Assembly (NCBI GenBank): GCA_951406725.2 | Contig: OX597815.1 | Span: 160,704,001 to 160,768,000 of the forward strand | From: Octopus vulgaris | Lineage: Eukaryota | Direction of reading: 5' to 3' | DNA: 64,000 bases | Shown: positions 40,374 to 53,763 of the stretch, in pieces | Position numbering within the stretch: the stretch's first letter is position 1 | How the letters are laid out: each line of letters opens with the position of its first letter | The notes under the pieces: generated by a model | Database searches by the model: none | The model's input: the letters and a program-made list of their open reading frames with translations, nothing else | What the model was told of the DNA's origin: nothing | Made by a program: the position numbers and the translations under genes

Positions 40374-41612
40374 CATATATATATGACGGGTTTCTTTCAG
40401 TTTCTCTCTACTAAATCCACTCACAAGGTTGTGGTCAGCCTGAGGCTATAGCAGAAGACACTTGCCCAATGTGTCATGCAGTGGCACTAAACCTGGAACC
40501 ATGTGGTTAGGAAGCAAGCTTCTTACCACACAGCCACACCTGCACCTATGCCAACCATTTTCATACCAACCCACCTGAGATCACCTCTAGTTCTATGATA
40601 AAGACTATGTTTAAAGTGATCTAAATTAAAAATCTTCCCTCAAAATTCTGTTTTGCTTAATGTTCTAAATACCAGCTTTATAATGACAAGGTTGTTTTGC
40701 TAAGTTCTTCGTTTTCAAAATTAATGGGAACAATGCCTATGTATCCTTTATCTCATACTTGTTTCTGTCATTAGACTGCAGCCATGCTATGGCACTGCTT
40801 TGAAGAACTTTTAGTCATATAATGTTTTGACCCCAGTGCTTATATTTTTTTTAAATCCTGGTACTCATTCAATTGGTCTCTTTTGCCTAACAGCTAAGTT
40901 ACAAGGTTGTAAATATATCTACACCAGTTGTCAAATGGTGATAGGGGACAAACACAGTCACAAAAACTCACACACACACATATCTATGGAGGGCTTTTCT
41001 CAGGTTCTGTCTACCACATCCACTCACAATGCTTTGGTCGGCCTGAGGCTATAGTAGAAGAAACTTGCCCAAGATGTCATGCAGTGGGACTGAACCCAGA
41101 ACCATGTGGTTGAGAAGCCAGGTTAAATCAACTGGTCATATGGCACCTGCCACTGATTACAGCTCTTGTAAAGTACTTTAAAGAGCTTGAATTTAATTTA
41201 TGCTAAGCTTACTATTTCTAAGCTCTTTATTGTTGAAGAGTTTATCTGATTCAAGTATGGTTGTGTTGATTTCATTGCATGATATCTTTGGCAAATGTCC
41301 TTCATCATAGCTATGAAATAACCAAAGTGATAGGAATGAAATTTGCATTGGTGTATCTAATGTGTGTGTATGTGCATGTGTGTGCTGCTCGGGACAGTCC
41401 CTAAATTTGAATCCCCATCATAGGACCCCTAAACCTATACAGACTTATAAAGCAGACCCCCAAAAGTGCTTCCCTCATAAAAACATCACCCAGAGCAGAC
41501 ATCCCCCTCATCCTAGCTCTACTATTGGAAATTTGATAGATGGAAATGGTGTAGAACCCTTATAGTTCAAATTTTCCATTTTGGAAGTAGCAGAATTTTT
41601 ACCTCAACTGGT

Positions 41613-41838
41613 TTAACCCTTCAAGCATTTAAACAATCATATCTAGCCCAAATATCCTGTTTCATGTTCAAACTGGCCAGGTCTAGCCTCTCACATCTAC
41701 CCTACAATGTCATTCTAAAAGTATATACAGACACATCACTGAAATCCCAAAGCTATGAGATAATGCATGATTAAATCAAAACTATGTGAATAAATAAACA
41801 ATACATTTGATAGAATAATTTGAATGCTAAAGAGTTAA
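41613..41838. mobile_element. piggyBac-like MITE (TTAA|CCC termini)
   Basis: TTAACCCTTCAAGCATT ... AATGCTAAAGAGTTAA; relatives at ~4600-4821, 5780-6005, 8266-8458, 51030-51224, 57878-58696 and 61884-62154. Confidence 0.75.
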
Positions 41839-41894
41839 CATGGCCAAGGCACTTCCCTTCACATTGCTCCAGTATGATCAGCTGTAATGAGTTC

Positions 41895-42436
41895 ATATTA
41901 ATCGTCTGGAAACCGTTCAGCGACGTGCAACCAAGAGAATACCCTCTATCAGGCATTTGCCATATTCTGAACGCCTTACTTCTCTGGGCATGGATACATT
42001 AAAACACTGACGTCTGGCAGCTGACTTGGCAGACACCCATAAAATTATTAACCATCTTACAAACAATAACTCTGAGCACCTTTTCAAACTCCACGTGTCT
42101 AACACCCATGGACATGTTTACAAAGTCAGAAAATAGCACAACTTCCATGACTTTCAGAAACATTTTTTCATGCTAAGAATTGCTTAAGTATGAAACAAAC
42201 TGCCGACATCAGTTGTTAGTTGTCGGAGTACTGCATCCTTCAAAACTTCCATGCTTCCTGAGATTCACCAACACTACACCTGATTTTCTCTTCTCCATAC
42301 ACACGCAACCATGTATCTGACTCATACACTGTTCACTTTCCAGATATTTGTACATTACTGCATATACTTTATATGCACTTTTGACAAGTTGTGGTGCACC
42401 TGAGCACTGTATACAATAATTTCATTATCATTATTA
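41895..42436 (+). mobile_element. CR1-clade LINE 3' fragment
   Basis: INRLETVQRRATKRIPSIRHLPYSERLTSLGMDTLK..LADTHKII; 3' UTR ending in (ATT)n. Confidence 0.85.
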
Positions 42437-45356
42437 TACTGATGCAACTCTCTCTCTCTCTCTCCAGCTAGCACATCTTGGATATTCCACTTGGTGAAGG
42501 GTGAGAAGATCCAAGAGGTTGTTTATGTCTGCTTGTGACTACACAGGTGTCTAAAACAATTAGAAAGAACATGGTACATGCCACCAAAGCATTGTTTGTG
42601 AGAGATGTCTGGCTCTGCTGTCTGATACAGTGTTGTGTGACAGCTTACTTCATCTGCGATGAAAGTGACTTCCAATCATATAAGAAACAAATTATTAGTC
42701 AGGTCACTATCTGGCTGCCTTCAGGCTTCATATTAGTATGAAGCCGATAGCTGAAAGGCTGGAATAAAGAAAACAATACAGGTCAGCTGGGTTGTTAAAA
42801 AAAAATTGGCTGTTATGACATTATTTGGACTTTTATTGCTGCAAGGAAATAAATCATAATTGATTTAATGATAATGATGAGATAAAAACAAGTAAAGCTT
42901 TGAAAAAAGTAATATTCATCTTGGCAAATTCTGTTTACTGAATATATATATGTGTAATCATAAATTGGAGAACTAAATAATTTGTGAATTAATTTATATT
43001 CAACAATCCATTTATTCAGTGAATACAAATATAAACCTAGATAGTTCTAGATGTCTGATGACACAGAGTTGCTTTCATGTCTGTATATTATAAATTTGTA
43101 GCAGAAACATGCTCACAGTCTGGCTCTTTACCTTTAAGTACCCACATTTTGACTTGTCATGAAATGGTTGAGTTCCTCTAGCTTTATGTGGGCTGTCCAT
43201 CCCATCACATGACGGACTGACCAACATTATCCATCAACTCAAAATTCAGCTGTTAAAATCTTACAAAAATACTTCATACAACTTTCTGAAAATACATATT
43301 TAGTTTAAAGAATATGGATGGCACCTGAGCCTTTGCAGGCTGTCCTAGAAGACCTTAGTGATTGGTATTGCTGATATTCAGTTTGAAATTCTTTAGACTG
43401 TAGATAAAAACATGGTCAGGGAGAGAATTTTCAGGGATGGGTAAATCAATTAAATTGACTCCAGTATTCAATTGGTACTTATTTTATTGACCCTAAAAGG
43501 ATGAAAGGCAAAGTCGATTTCAGAGGAATTTAAAGAATATAAAGATGGACAAAATGCCACCAAGCATTTTGCCCAGCATGCTAAAGATTTTGCCAGCTCA
43601 CTGCCTTAAATGTTAGGAATTACTAACTGAAATGAACCCTAGCTGTTGCTTTTACTCTATATCAGCCCTGATAGGGTACACCTCTAATCAGAAGAATTTC
43701 AACTGTAACCATCCTGTCTTGTTAGGAATATGGCCAAGATTTACTTATGTAATCTACCTCTTCTATATTTTTATAACGGTAGGATGTATGATCTGAGGGG
43801 GATTTGGCTGTAATTTCTAGTAAGCTGAATGACTTCATAGAAACCTGTTGATAAACCATTTTCTTTGTGGGCTCTAGCTCTTGTAATTTGTTTGTGATGG
43901 AAAAAATGAACTTAATATCCAGGGGTTTAGTTTTGGAGAGCATGTTTCATTGGAAGGTCTTGCTCTTATACTGGGTGGTGGTTAGATTGTTTGTGCAGTT
44001 GTTATCGTTTAACCCTGTTCAAGAACAGCTGTGATCAAGCATGTTCTATCTGTGATCATAACATTTTTCCCTATATCCATGATTACACTTTCTAAAATGT
44101 CCTTTTTTTTTTATTAGACTCTAGGACATTAGTTAAGCGAGATTTAACTGTTACTTTTAATAGCATGAGTAACCATGTCGAACCACCCTTGTTGGCTTGA
44201 TAGATTGCATATATGACATATATCATCAAGTGTTCTGTTTATACTGAGTATTATTGCTATTGGCTTTCAAATAGTTTTCTAAAGCTGAGACCATTTTTTT
44301 AACCTTGCGTTATGTAGAAAATAGCAACAAGAACAATCTTCTGAATGGTTCTGGCTCAATAAATATTGAAAAGTAACTGCTAAACAGAATATTTATGATG
44401 CCATGATGATCAACAATAATTGTTCCCCTCACTTTAGAGATATCAATAAGAAGGATACTATTCTTCAATTCCTAGTTAAGTCTTTGAGCAAACCTACGAT
44501 TAAAAGTATTCCTGTTGTGTTTTATTTCGTAAAAAATGGCAAGGGTTGCTGCTGTTTCTGTCAGGTTCAGCAACAGTGTGACACAGTGTTTTTCAACTCT
44601 TTCTGTATTGTTTATCCTTTTAGCTTCATGGATTTTACAATTTAGCTCCTTATTCCCATGCAAAAATCTGTACTAGGTAATTGTGTACATACCAGGCTAC
44701 AGTTTACTCTTTTACTCTTTTACTTGTTTCAGCCATTTGACTGTGGCCATGCTGGAGCACTGCCTTTAGTCGAGCAAATCGACCCCAAGACTTATTCTTT
44801 GTAAGCCTAGTACTTATTCTATCCATCTATTTTGCCGAACCGCTAAGTTACGGGGATGTAAACACACCAGCATCAGTTGTCATGTGATGTTGGGGGCACA
44901 AACTCATACACACAAACACACATATATACATTGACAACTCCTGTCCCAAGACTGGGGTATGATGGTGTGTGACTCTATGCTAATCAGTTTCAGTGGCCCT
45001 TTGATGCTTTCTAGGCTGTTTGCATGCCCAGCAGCAGCACAGTCCCATATTTAAAGACAGTACTCCATTGTGGATTTTACCTGAGCATTGCAGAGAGCTT
45101 GTATTTGTTGGTAACTAAAGTAACCCAGAAGAGAAAGACCAGATTTTGCTATAATGAAGATATGTGTCCGTTGGGAAGGTCTTCACTGCGTGGTTAAACC
45201 TGAGATGGCTGGACATTACAGACGAGAATTCTTGGATGAAGATTTGTAATAAATACCTATCTGCCATACTATATCATTATGCATTTATGCATGTGCACAT
45301 ATACATGCACACACATGTATATGCAGGTGTACATTAATATGAATCTCACTTTACAT

Positions 45357-45583
45357 AGTGGCGAGCTGGCAGAAACGTTAGCAGGCCGGGCGAAATGCGT
45401 AGCCGTATTTTGTCTGCCGTTATGTTCTGAGTTCAAATTCCGCCGAGGTCGACTTTGCCTTTCATCCTTTCAGGAGTTGATAAATTAAGTACCAGTTGAG
45501 TACTGGGGTCGATATAATCGACTTAATACTTTGTCCTTGTTTGTCCCCTCTATGTTTAGCTTCTTGTGGGTAATAAAGAAATA
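45357..45583 (+). mobile_element. SINE B copy
   Basis: Head-to-tail match to the family. Confidence 0.85.
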
Positions 45584-46754
45584 TACATATGTATGCATGC
45601 AGACATGTGTATATGTACCCAATTATGAAAGACAAATATGTGTTATGTAGAGAAAGAAGGAAGAAAGTTGGTGAGAAGAGATTGCGAGAAAAATCTAAGA
45701 GACTTAATAGTAGAAGATAAAGGAAATTGACAATGTTAATGCTGTCATTTTTCTTCACTAAAGTCAATGTTGCATCAATCAATTCTACTCAAATTAGTGA
45801 ATTCTTACATTCTTTATTGAACCTATTTTTTTCTGTTAGCTATCTTTCTCTCTGTGCTGCTGTTCATTCTCTGTATTTATACCAATGTCTGTCTGTGTCT
45901 GGTAACACATTCATCCACCTATGTACATCTCTCTCTAAATATCTCTCAGTCTTCTCACTCTCATTCTCTCTCCATTCTCTCTTCTGTTCCTCCATTATTC
46001 CCACTTAATACCATCCTCCCCCCCTCTCTCTCTCTATCTATCTATCTATCTATCTTCTTGCAATAATTCTTCCATTACTTTAGCTTTTACTCTTTCACCT
46101 TGTGAGTGGCAAGCAACCACTCAAGTGCTGTGCCATGGAAAGAAAAAAAAATCTAGTACACACTCTAAATGGTTGATAATTCGAATTGAGTAACAAATGT
46201 AGGGTTTCAAAAGGTTGGATACAAACAACCTCCATAGTGCTGGTGCCATTGCAAAAATGCACCCTGTGCATTGTGGGAAAATAGTTGGTATTAGGAGGTG
46301 CATTCAGTTATAGAAACCAGGTTAAAAGTGAGGCTTCTGAGCAGAATGTGATCTTCCAGCTTATCAGATTCTCTTGTATTGTCCAGATCCTGGTGGCATC
46401 GAAAAATGGATGTAAAATGATTATAGTCTAGAACATCATATATATACACACATACACACACATATACATATGTATCTAAATATATATTCTTCAACATTGT
46501 TTATGTGAAACGCTTTTGAGTGTGCTCATACATACATTAAATTAAAAAGGAAAAAGCTGCTCAAGGATAAACTACTTATAGCCACCTCTGATAGGCAGAC
46601 TCAAAATCACACCTTTAGTTGCAGTTCAAACCAGTGTTTTAGTGGTAAACCTAACTGAGCGCTCATAGTACATACCTATTACTTTATGTCAGTCGATGAA
46701 AATTCCTTATATATTTTGTGTGTGTATATGTGTGTGTAGATATGCACAGACGGG

Positions 46755-47014
46755 TACAACACCAACTTTCTGATTACTGGTGGCCCAGAAACTCTTATAA
46801 TCCTCACTAATTTCAATTCCTGCAGCAGTCAGACTAGTTCACTTGTAATTGCACAGTCCAATATGAATAAAATTGTATCAGTTATATATATATATATACC
46901 TATATTTTATTTGATTATTTAAATAAATTTAATATTTGTGAACACACCTGGTATGGAAAACTCAGTGATCCAGAATGGCTTTGGTGCCAAAGATTCTGGA
47001 AAATCAATGTTGTA
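46755..47014. mobile_element. TA-flanked MITE (Tc1/pogo-like)
   Basis: TACAACACCAACTTTCTGA versus TCTGGAAAATCAATGTTGTA, an imperfect TIR pair. Confidence 0.5.
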
Positions 47015-47573
47015 TTTGTATATACATACACGCATATTGATTGTTTAACTCAGTGGTACAGAGTGCTCAGCCAGAATTTGAGAGATACAGTGTTCAGTTC
47101 TCTGCAATGGCTTGCTGGCCACTTTTGTCAAGGGTCATTTGGCTGAATGGTATAGACTGTGTGTGTGTGTGTGTGTGTGTGCATGTGTGTGTGCTTGTGT
47201 GTGCGCATGTGTGTATCTGTACTAGAAATTTGTTTCTTGATCACATGGATCCAGGTTCAGTCACATTGGATAACATGAGGCCAACCAAAAAAGCTTTGTC
47301 AGTGTATTTGGTAGAGAGAAACTGAAAGCTCATCATGTATGTGCATGTGTGTATGTACGTATGTGTGTGTGTCTTTGGTGTTTGTGTTTGCCTCCACTGC
47401 CACTTGACCAGTGTTGGTTTGTCCATGTCCCACTAACTTAGTGGTTCAGCATAGGAGACTGACAGAATAAGCAACCAGGCTTAAAAAATAAGTACTGGAG
47501 TTTAACTGAAACCCTTCAAGATGGTGTACAGGATTCCGACAGTCCAATGATGGAAACAAGTAAAAGTTAAAGG

Positions 47574-47608
<35 letters not shown>

Positions 47609-47658
47609 TATACACAAATGCACACACATACACACGCACACAGTCATGTATGCATACA

Positions 47659-47882
47659 TACATGAGGGGCTTGCTTAAAAGTTCCTGGTTTCAAGGGTAT
47701 CACAAAAGGCTTGGTTGGAGGCCCAACCTTCTGCGTTCATTTACAGGGCTTAGAAAAACTGAAGGACCACTGCAACAAGTGTGTGAATCTGAAAGGGGAA
47801 TATGGTAAATGAAGTTGTAATTAACTGATCCTCCTGTATTTTCTTTTACTCAAAGCCAGAAACTTTCGACCACACCATTGTA
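47659..47882 (+). mobile_element. mariner-derived MITE
   Basis: TIR-like ends AAAAGTTCCTGG and CCAGAAACTTT; internal GLEKLKDHCNKCVNLKGEY, resembling a mariner C-terminus. Confidence 0.7.
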
Positions 47883-47909
47883 TGTGTATGCTTGTATGTT
47901 ACAGTAGGT

Positions 47910-48470
47910 CATCATCATCATCATCATCATCATCGTTTAACGTCCACTTTCCATGCTAGCATGGGTTGGACGGTTCAACTGGGGTCTGGGGAGCCCGAAG
48001 GCTGCACCAGGCCAGTCAGATCTGGCAGTGTTTCTACAGCTGGATGCCTTTCCTAATGCCAACCACTTCGAGAGTGTAGTGGGTGATTTTATGTGCCACC
48101 GACACAGGTGCCAGACGAGGCTGGCAGACGGCCACGCTCGGATGGTGTTTTTTATGTGCCACCGACACAGGTGCCAGACGAGGCTGGCAGACGGCCACGC
48201 TCGGATGGTATTTTTTATGTGCCACTGACACAGGTGCCAGACGAGGCTGGCAGACGGCCACGCTCGGATGGTGTTTTTTATGTGCCACCGACACAGGTGC
48301 CAGACGAGGCTGGCAAACGGCCACGATCGGATGGTGTTTGTTACGTGCCCACAGCACGGAGGCCAGTCAATGCAGTACTGGCTACGGCCACGTTCAGATG
48401 GTTTTCTTATGTGCCACCAGCACTGGTACCACAAAGATACAAATTCCATTGATGTTCATCTATTTTGATT
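47910..48470 (-). mobile_element. RTE-type 3' UTR copy with a homogenised 63-bp tandem array (48088-48342)
   Basis: Units start at 48091, 48154, 48217 and 48280; (GAT)n tail. Confidence 0.85.
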
Positions 48471-48894
48471 TGGTAATTATTGAGTGTGTATATTTGTTAT
48501 AGATCTCATGCTTTCCTGTTTCATTTGCCTTTTTACCATTTCCATACTGAACTGGAAAAAAAATACCTTTCCTACAATACTTCACTGCTTGAAGCTATGT
48601 ATCATTATAAACTACAGCTGACATGCTTCCTCTAGATTTGTCTAATGTGTCTATGCACAACCATTAAGATATTTATTGGCAAAGTATAGTAGTAAACACT
48701 CACTCACACACACACACACACACACAGAAGCATAAATGCCGGCAGATAGAATGTAGAAGGTGTGTGTGTGTGTATTATATATTTATATGTGTATGTATGT
48801 ATGTATATCTATCTATCTACCTACTTATCTATCTATCTGTCAGTCTGTCTATATATATATATGCACATATATATCTGAAATTTGTATATGTATT

Positions 48895-49286
48895 ACTCTT
48901 TTACTTGTTTCAGTCATTTGACTGCGGCCATGCTGGAGCACCACCTTTTAGTACTTATTCTATCGGTCTCTTTTTGCCGAACCGCTACGTGACGGGGACG
49001 TAAACACACCAGCATCGGTTGTCAAGCAATGCTAGGGGGACAAACACAGACACACAAACACACACATACAAACATATATATATATACATATATACGACAG
49101 GCTTCTTTCAGTTTCCGTCTACCAAATCCACTCACAAGGCATTGGTCGGCCCGGGGCTATAGCAGAAGACACTTGCCCAAGATGCCACTCAGTGGGACTG
49201 AACCCGCAACCGTGTGGTTGGTTAGCAAGCTACTTACCACACAGCCACTCCTGCGCCTATGAAAATTTTGTTTATACATGTGTGTT

Positions 49287-49326
<40 letters not shown>

Positions 49327-49699
49327 TACTCCTTTACTCGTTTCAGTCATTTGACTGTGGTCATGCTGTAGCACCATCTTCAGTTGAGCAAATTGACCCT
49401 AGGACATATTGTCTGTAAGCCTTGTACTTATTCTATCGGTCTCTTTTGCTGAACATAAACACACCAGCATCAGTTGTCAAGCGATGTTGGGGGGACAAAC
49501 ACAGGCACACAGACACATACACATATACATATGTACGATGGGCTTCTTTCAGTGTCTGTCTACCAAATCCACTCACAAGGCATTGGTTGGCCCGAGGCTA
49601 TAGTAGAAGACACTTGCTCAAGGTACCATGCAGTGGGAATGAACCCAAAACCATGTGGTTAGTAAGCAAGCTACTTACCACACAGCAACTCCTGTGCCT
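48895..49699 (-). mobile_element. Two adjacent SINE A copies (48895-49258 and 49329-49699)
   Basis: Family match; the first is CpG-intact and the second is decayed. Confidence 0.85.
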
Positions 49700-49990
49700 A
49701 TATATAAATTTTTTTATAAAGTATGCAAAATTTTATATGCATACACATGTATGTATATATATATATATATTTGTATGTGTATGTGTGTCTTTGTGTTTGG
49801 TCCTTACCAACTCTTGACAACTGCTGTTAGCTTGTTTGCATCCCTCTAATTTAGTGGTTCAGCAAAATAGACTGATGAAATAAGTGCCAAGTTTTAAAAA
49901 ATGTACTGATGTCGATTTGTTCAACAGAACCCTTTAAGGTGGTGCCCCAGCTTCGCTACTGTCAAATGACTGAAACAAGTAAAAGATAAT

Positions 49991-50029
<39 letters not shown>

Positions 50030-50709
50030 TTAAACGTATATTTATATGTATGTATATATATTATATGTGTATTTTGTGTATTTATATATGCACTCTCTAT
50101 CCCTATAATGTGTATACACACACGCAAGCACTCCTACAACTATATATATGTGTGTGTGTGCATGCATGCAGCAGACATGTCTACATAAAGGTACATACAT
50201 AATCAGTGCCTATTGACATCTAAGCTATAATATAAAAAGCGCCCAAATAACAGCAATATAGTCTCTAAACACACTTAAGTACACACACAGACACTCGTAT
50301 ACATAGAAGCACTTGCATAAATATCGACATTTACATGCATATACACACTTGTATGTATGAATGTAAATTTAAATCCCTCCGACAATCACATCAGCTTTAA
50401 ATTTTCCCAAACTAAATCCTGTCACTATGATGTCAATGTATGGAATTTACTTCTTGATAGCTTCTTATATACAAATCACACCTTATCATTCAGTTGCCAC
50501 TTAAGTTTTATTTGACAAACTAAATAAATATATAATGAATAATATAAACTGAAAAAAAAAAAAAATGAAAGTAATAGAAGGGGTTCATAAGAAACTAACT
50601 TTCATAGGAAGTGTTTATTTTATAGTGTTGCTCTCTGGAATTTTCTCTTAATATTGATTTGTAACACAGGCACAAACCCTTTTATTTTGCAGGAAGGGTA
50701 AAGTCAGTT

Positions 50710-50743
<34 letters not shown>

Positions 50744-51244
50744 TTTTAACGTCCGCTTTCCATGCTAGCATGGGTTGGACTGAGTGCTGGCAAACCAGAT
50801 GGCTGCACCAGGCTCCAATCTTGATCTGGCAGAGATTCTACAGCTTGATGCCCGTCTTAACGCCAACCACTCCGAGAGTGTAGTGGGTGCTTTTTACGTG
50901 CCACCTGCATGGGGCCAGTCAGGTGGTACTGGCAATGAACTCGCTCGAATCTTTTTACACGTGCCAGTGAAGCAACGTTGGTAATGATCACGCTCGAATG
51001 GTGCCCTTTTACATGCCACAGGCACAGAAGACCATATCCAGCCTAAATAGTCCAGCTGTTTTATATTCAAACTGGCCAGATCTGGCCTATCACACCTGTT
51101 CTACAATGTCATTCTAAAAATAAACAATCACCTCACTGAAATCTTAAAGCTACATAATAATCCAAAGTAACAAGAATAAATAAGCATTACATTTGACAGA
51201 GCAATCTGAATGCTAAAAGGTTAAATCTATTTTAAATTTTCTTC

Positions 51245-51470
51245 TCATTGTGGTTATCCCTCTTTCTTCATAGGATGATGGTCTTTGCTCTAGACCATGT
51301 TGGGTTGTTGGTGCACTCAAAGGTGGCCAATTAGTCCAATTCAGGCTTTGAATGATCTTCTGCAAGTTGGGCAAGTTGTCTCTTGGGGGAAATCTGGTCT
51401 GGGTCAAAGTTGTGTCTCATTCCTCCTTCTTCGTTTTTCTTCCATTTCTTCACATTTGTTTGTCCCAAAT
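51245..51470 (-). mobile_element. Decayed RTE LINE 3' end with a C2H2-like motif
   Basis: TTCPTCRRSFKA*IGLIGHL*VH, typical of the RTE ORF C-terminus (C..C.R.F.ARIGL.SHLR.H). Confidence 0.75.
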
Positions 51471-51672
51471 GTAGTTGTTCCTTCACAGATCATGGATCTA
51501 CAGAGGTACCAGTCATTTGTATTTTTTTCTAGTAGTTAATTCATACATTTTTATCAACCTCAACAAGATGAAAGAGATAACGGACCTCAGCAGGATTAAA
51601 ACTCAGAACATAGAAAGATGTGATCAAATACTGCACTGTCTTTTGTTCAGAATTATCTCCGCTTATCACATC

Positions 51673-51904
51673 TATTTCTTTACTAATCACAAGGGGCTAA
51701 ACACAGAGAGGACAAACAAGGACAGACAAAGGGATTAAGTCGATTATATCGACCCCAGTGCGTAACTGGTACTTATTTAATCGACCCCGAAAGGATGAAA
51801 GGCAAAGTCGACCTCGGCGGAATTTGAACTCAGAACGTAATCGCAGACGAAATACCACTAAGCATTTTGCCCGGCGTGCTAACGTTTCTACCAGCTCGCC
51901 GCCT
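51673..51904 (-). mobile_element. SINE B, young copy
   Basis: Full length with CpGs intact, in CpG-poor surroundings. Confidence 0.9.
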
Positions 51905-53687
51905 TATCTGCTTATGATATCAACCTGCCTGAGACCAGCCCTGGATCTTATGATACAAACTTTCTGTGCTTGATGATCTAAATTAAATCCTGAAGCAGAA
52001 TGAGCATGTAATTAATGAGATTGTGAATAGCAAAATTTCATGTTAATTTATGTTTTTAATACAGTTATAATAATGACAAAGATATTTGACTAGATTCTTC
52101 ATTATTTTCACAATTAGTCGAAAGAAAGGCAGAGCATTCCATCAAACAAATATAGTACTGAAAGGGGTAATATTGTTAGTGATTATGGCTGTGGCAATAT
52201 AGATTGGCAGAATCATTAGAATATCAGACAAAATGTCTTACACTGCTTAGTAATGCTCTTTACATCCTGAGTTTAAAACTTGCTGAGAGAAGTTTTGCCT
52301 TTCATCTTTCTGTAATCAATAAAATAAGTAGCCACCTAACCCATGCCAGCATGGAAAGCAGACGTTAACTGATGATGATATATAGTGAATTGCTTTAATT
52401 GTCTAACCCTTCATTCAAATTTGTGACCTTGTGGCTATGCTTATCATAGATAAGGGTAATGAACTGGCAAAATCAATAGAGCATCAGATTTAATACTTTG
52501 AGGTATTTAATAACATCACTTATGTTCTGAGTTCAAATCAGGCCAGTGTTGATTTTCATTTAATTTTTCTGGTGCATCAATAAAATAAATACAGTTGATA
52601 TGATTGTATCCTCCCCATGAAACAAATTTGTGCTCATGTTCCAAAGTTAGAAATCAATATTATTATAGATTTATATATGTGATACATGAACAGTGTTGTT
52701 GTTGTTGTTGCTGCTGCAGCTGAGCTTTGTCTTTCCTGATTGAGCTACAAATTTATGATCAACATTATTTACTGACATGACCTTCCCATCTGTTTATTAT
52801 TTCCAACATGGTATATCAGGGATAATATCATCTAAAGTACCCTTCTTATTTTAGTTAGGTGGAATTTGAGGAAGAGTTGGTTGTAAATTAAGCAGGTTGA
52901 GAGTTCACATAGGAGATTCCTTGTTGGCTTGAGATATGCTCACATTGTTAGTGCTGTAGTGGATCTTGCATGCACGAAGTGGATTCGATCCACCACAGCC
53001 AAATTTAAATTAACACTGCTACAGAACTTTTCCCATGATGGAACAATGGTTTTTCTCTGACAGCAGTTTTACATTTTCCAGATGCCTTTAGCTTGGCCAA
53101 AATAATGTCTTCACTACTTGACCATTTCTAACCTCTTCTACTTCACAAAAAGCTAGAATAGATAACAAGACCACCAACTAAATCTATTGTTCTCAATGAT
53201 ATATCTATCGTTCTGGATAGTTATATAAACCAGCACATCCCAAGCAAAAATCAGTTTGTCACCAGCCAGTGATGACTCAACCAAGTCAGTCACATCATGA
53301 CAACTCAACGAAGTCTGGCTGACCAACCTTGGTCAGAGGAAGAAAAGAAGTTTACTGTCAGACGACACCCTACACTTCTCTCTAGCTCAAATTCTGTCCC
53401 TTACACCATCATTCTATCTGTCTCAGCAATTACTACTAAACAATGAAGAGGATACAAAAACAAACTTTACTTCGTATGCTTTTGGATGTATCAAAACCTG
53501 CCCGTCGAGGCAAGGTATTTGTTATGTAACGTTAAATAAATACTTTCTTAAAACTTTATGCATTGTTCATCTTTCACATCTTACAACTTGCCGTTTTAAT
53601 AACAAACTCTTAGCGTCACAACTGCTGACTTCAACATAAACATATTATTGTTTACAAATCAAATACTAACCATTACAGTGCTGATGT

Positions 53688-53763
53688 TTAGTCACACTGA
53701 TTGGGTATATATAGAAATATACATTAGTCACACTGATTGGGTATATATAGAAATATACATTAG
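53688..53763. repeat. 36-bp perfect tandem duplication
   Basis: TTAGTCACACTGATTGGGTATATATAGAAATATACA x2. Confidence 0.9.

Noticed and set aside
42469-42537. Second exon for the ATG at 29800
   Set aside because: The acceptor is just a CT microsatellite, the frame stops after ~24 codons unless an internal donor is used, and there is no homology.
48088-48342. CRISPR-like array or repeat-protein ORFs
   Set aside because: The units are near-identical with no unique spacers or cas genes; the ORFs result from a 63-bp period inside a retroelement UTR.
52955-53002. tRNA-like GGATTCGATCCC segment
   Set aside because: Too short for a cloverleaf; probably a decayed SINE head. SINE heads elsewhere were likewise not called as tRNA genes.
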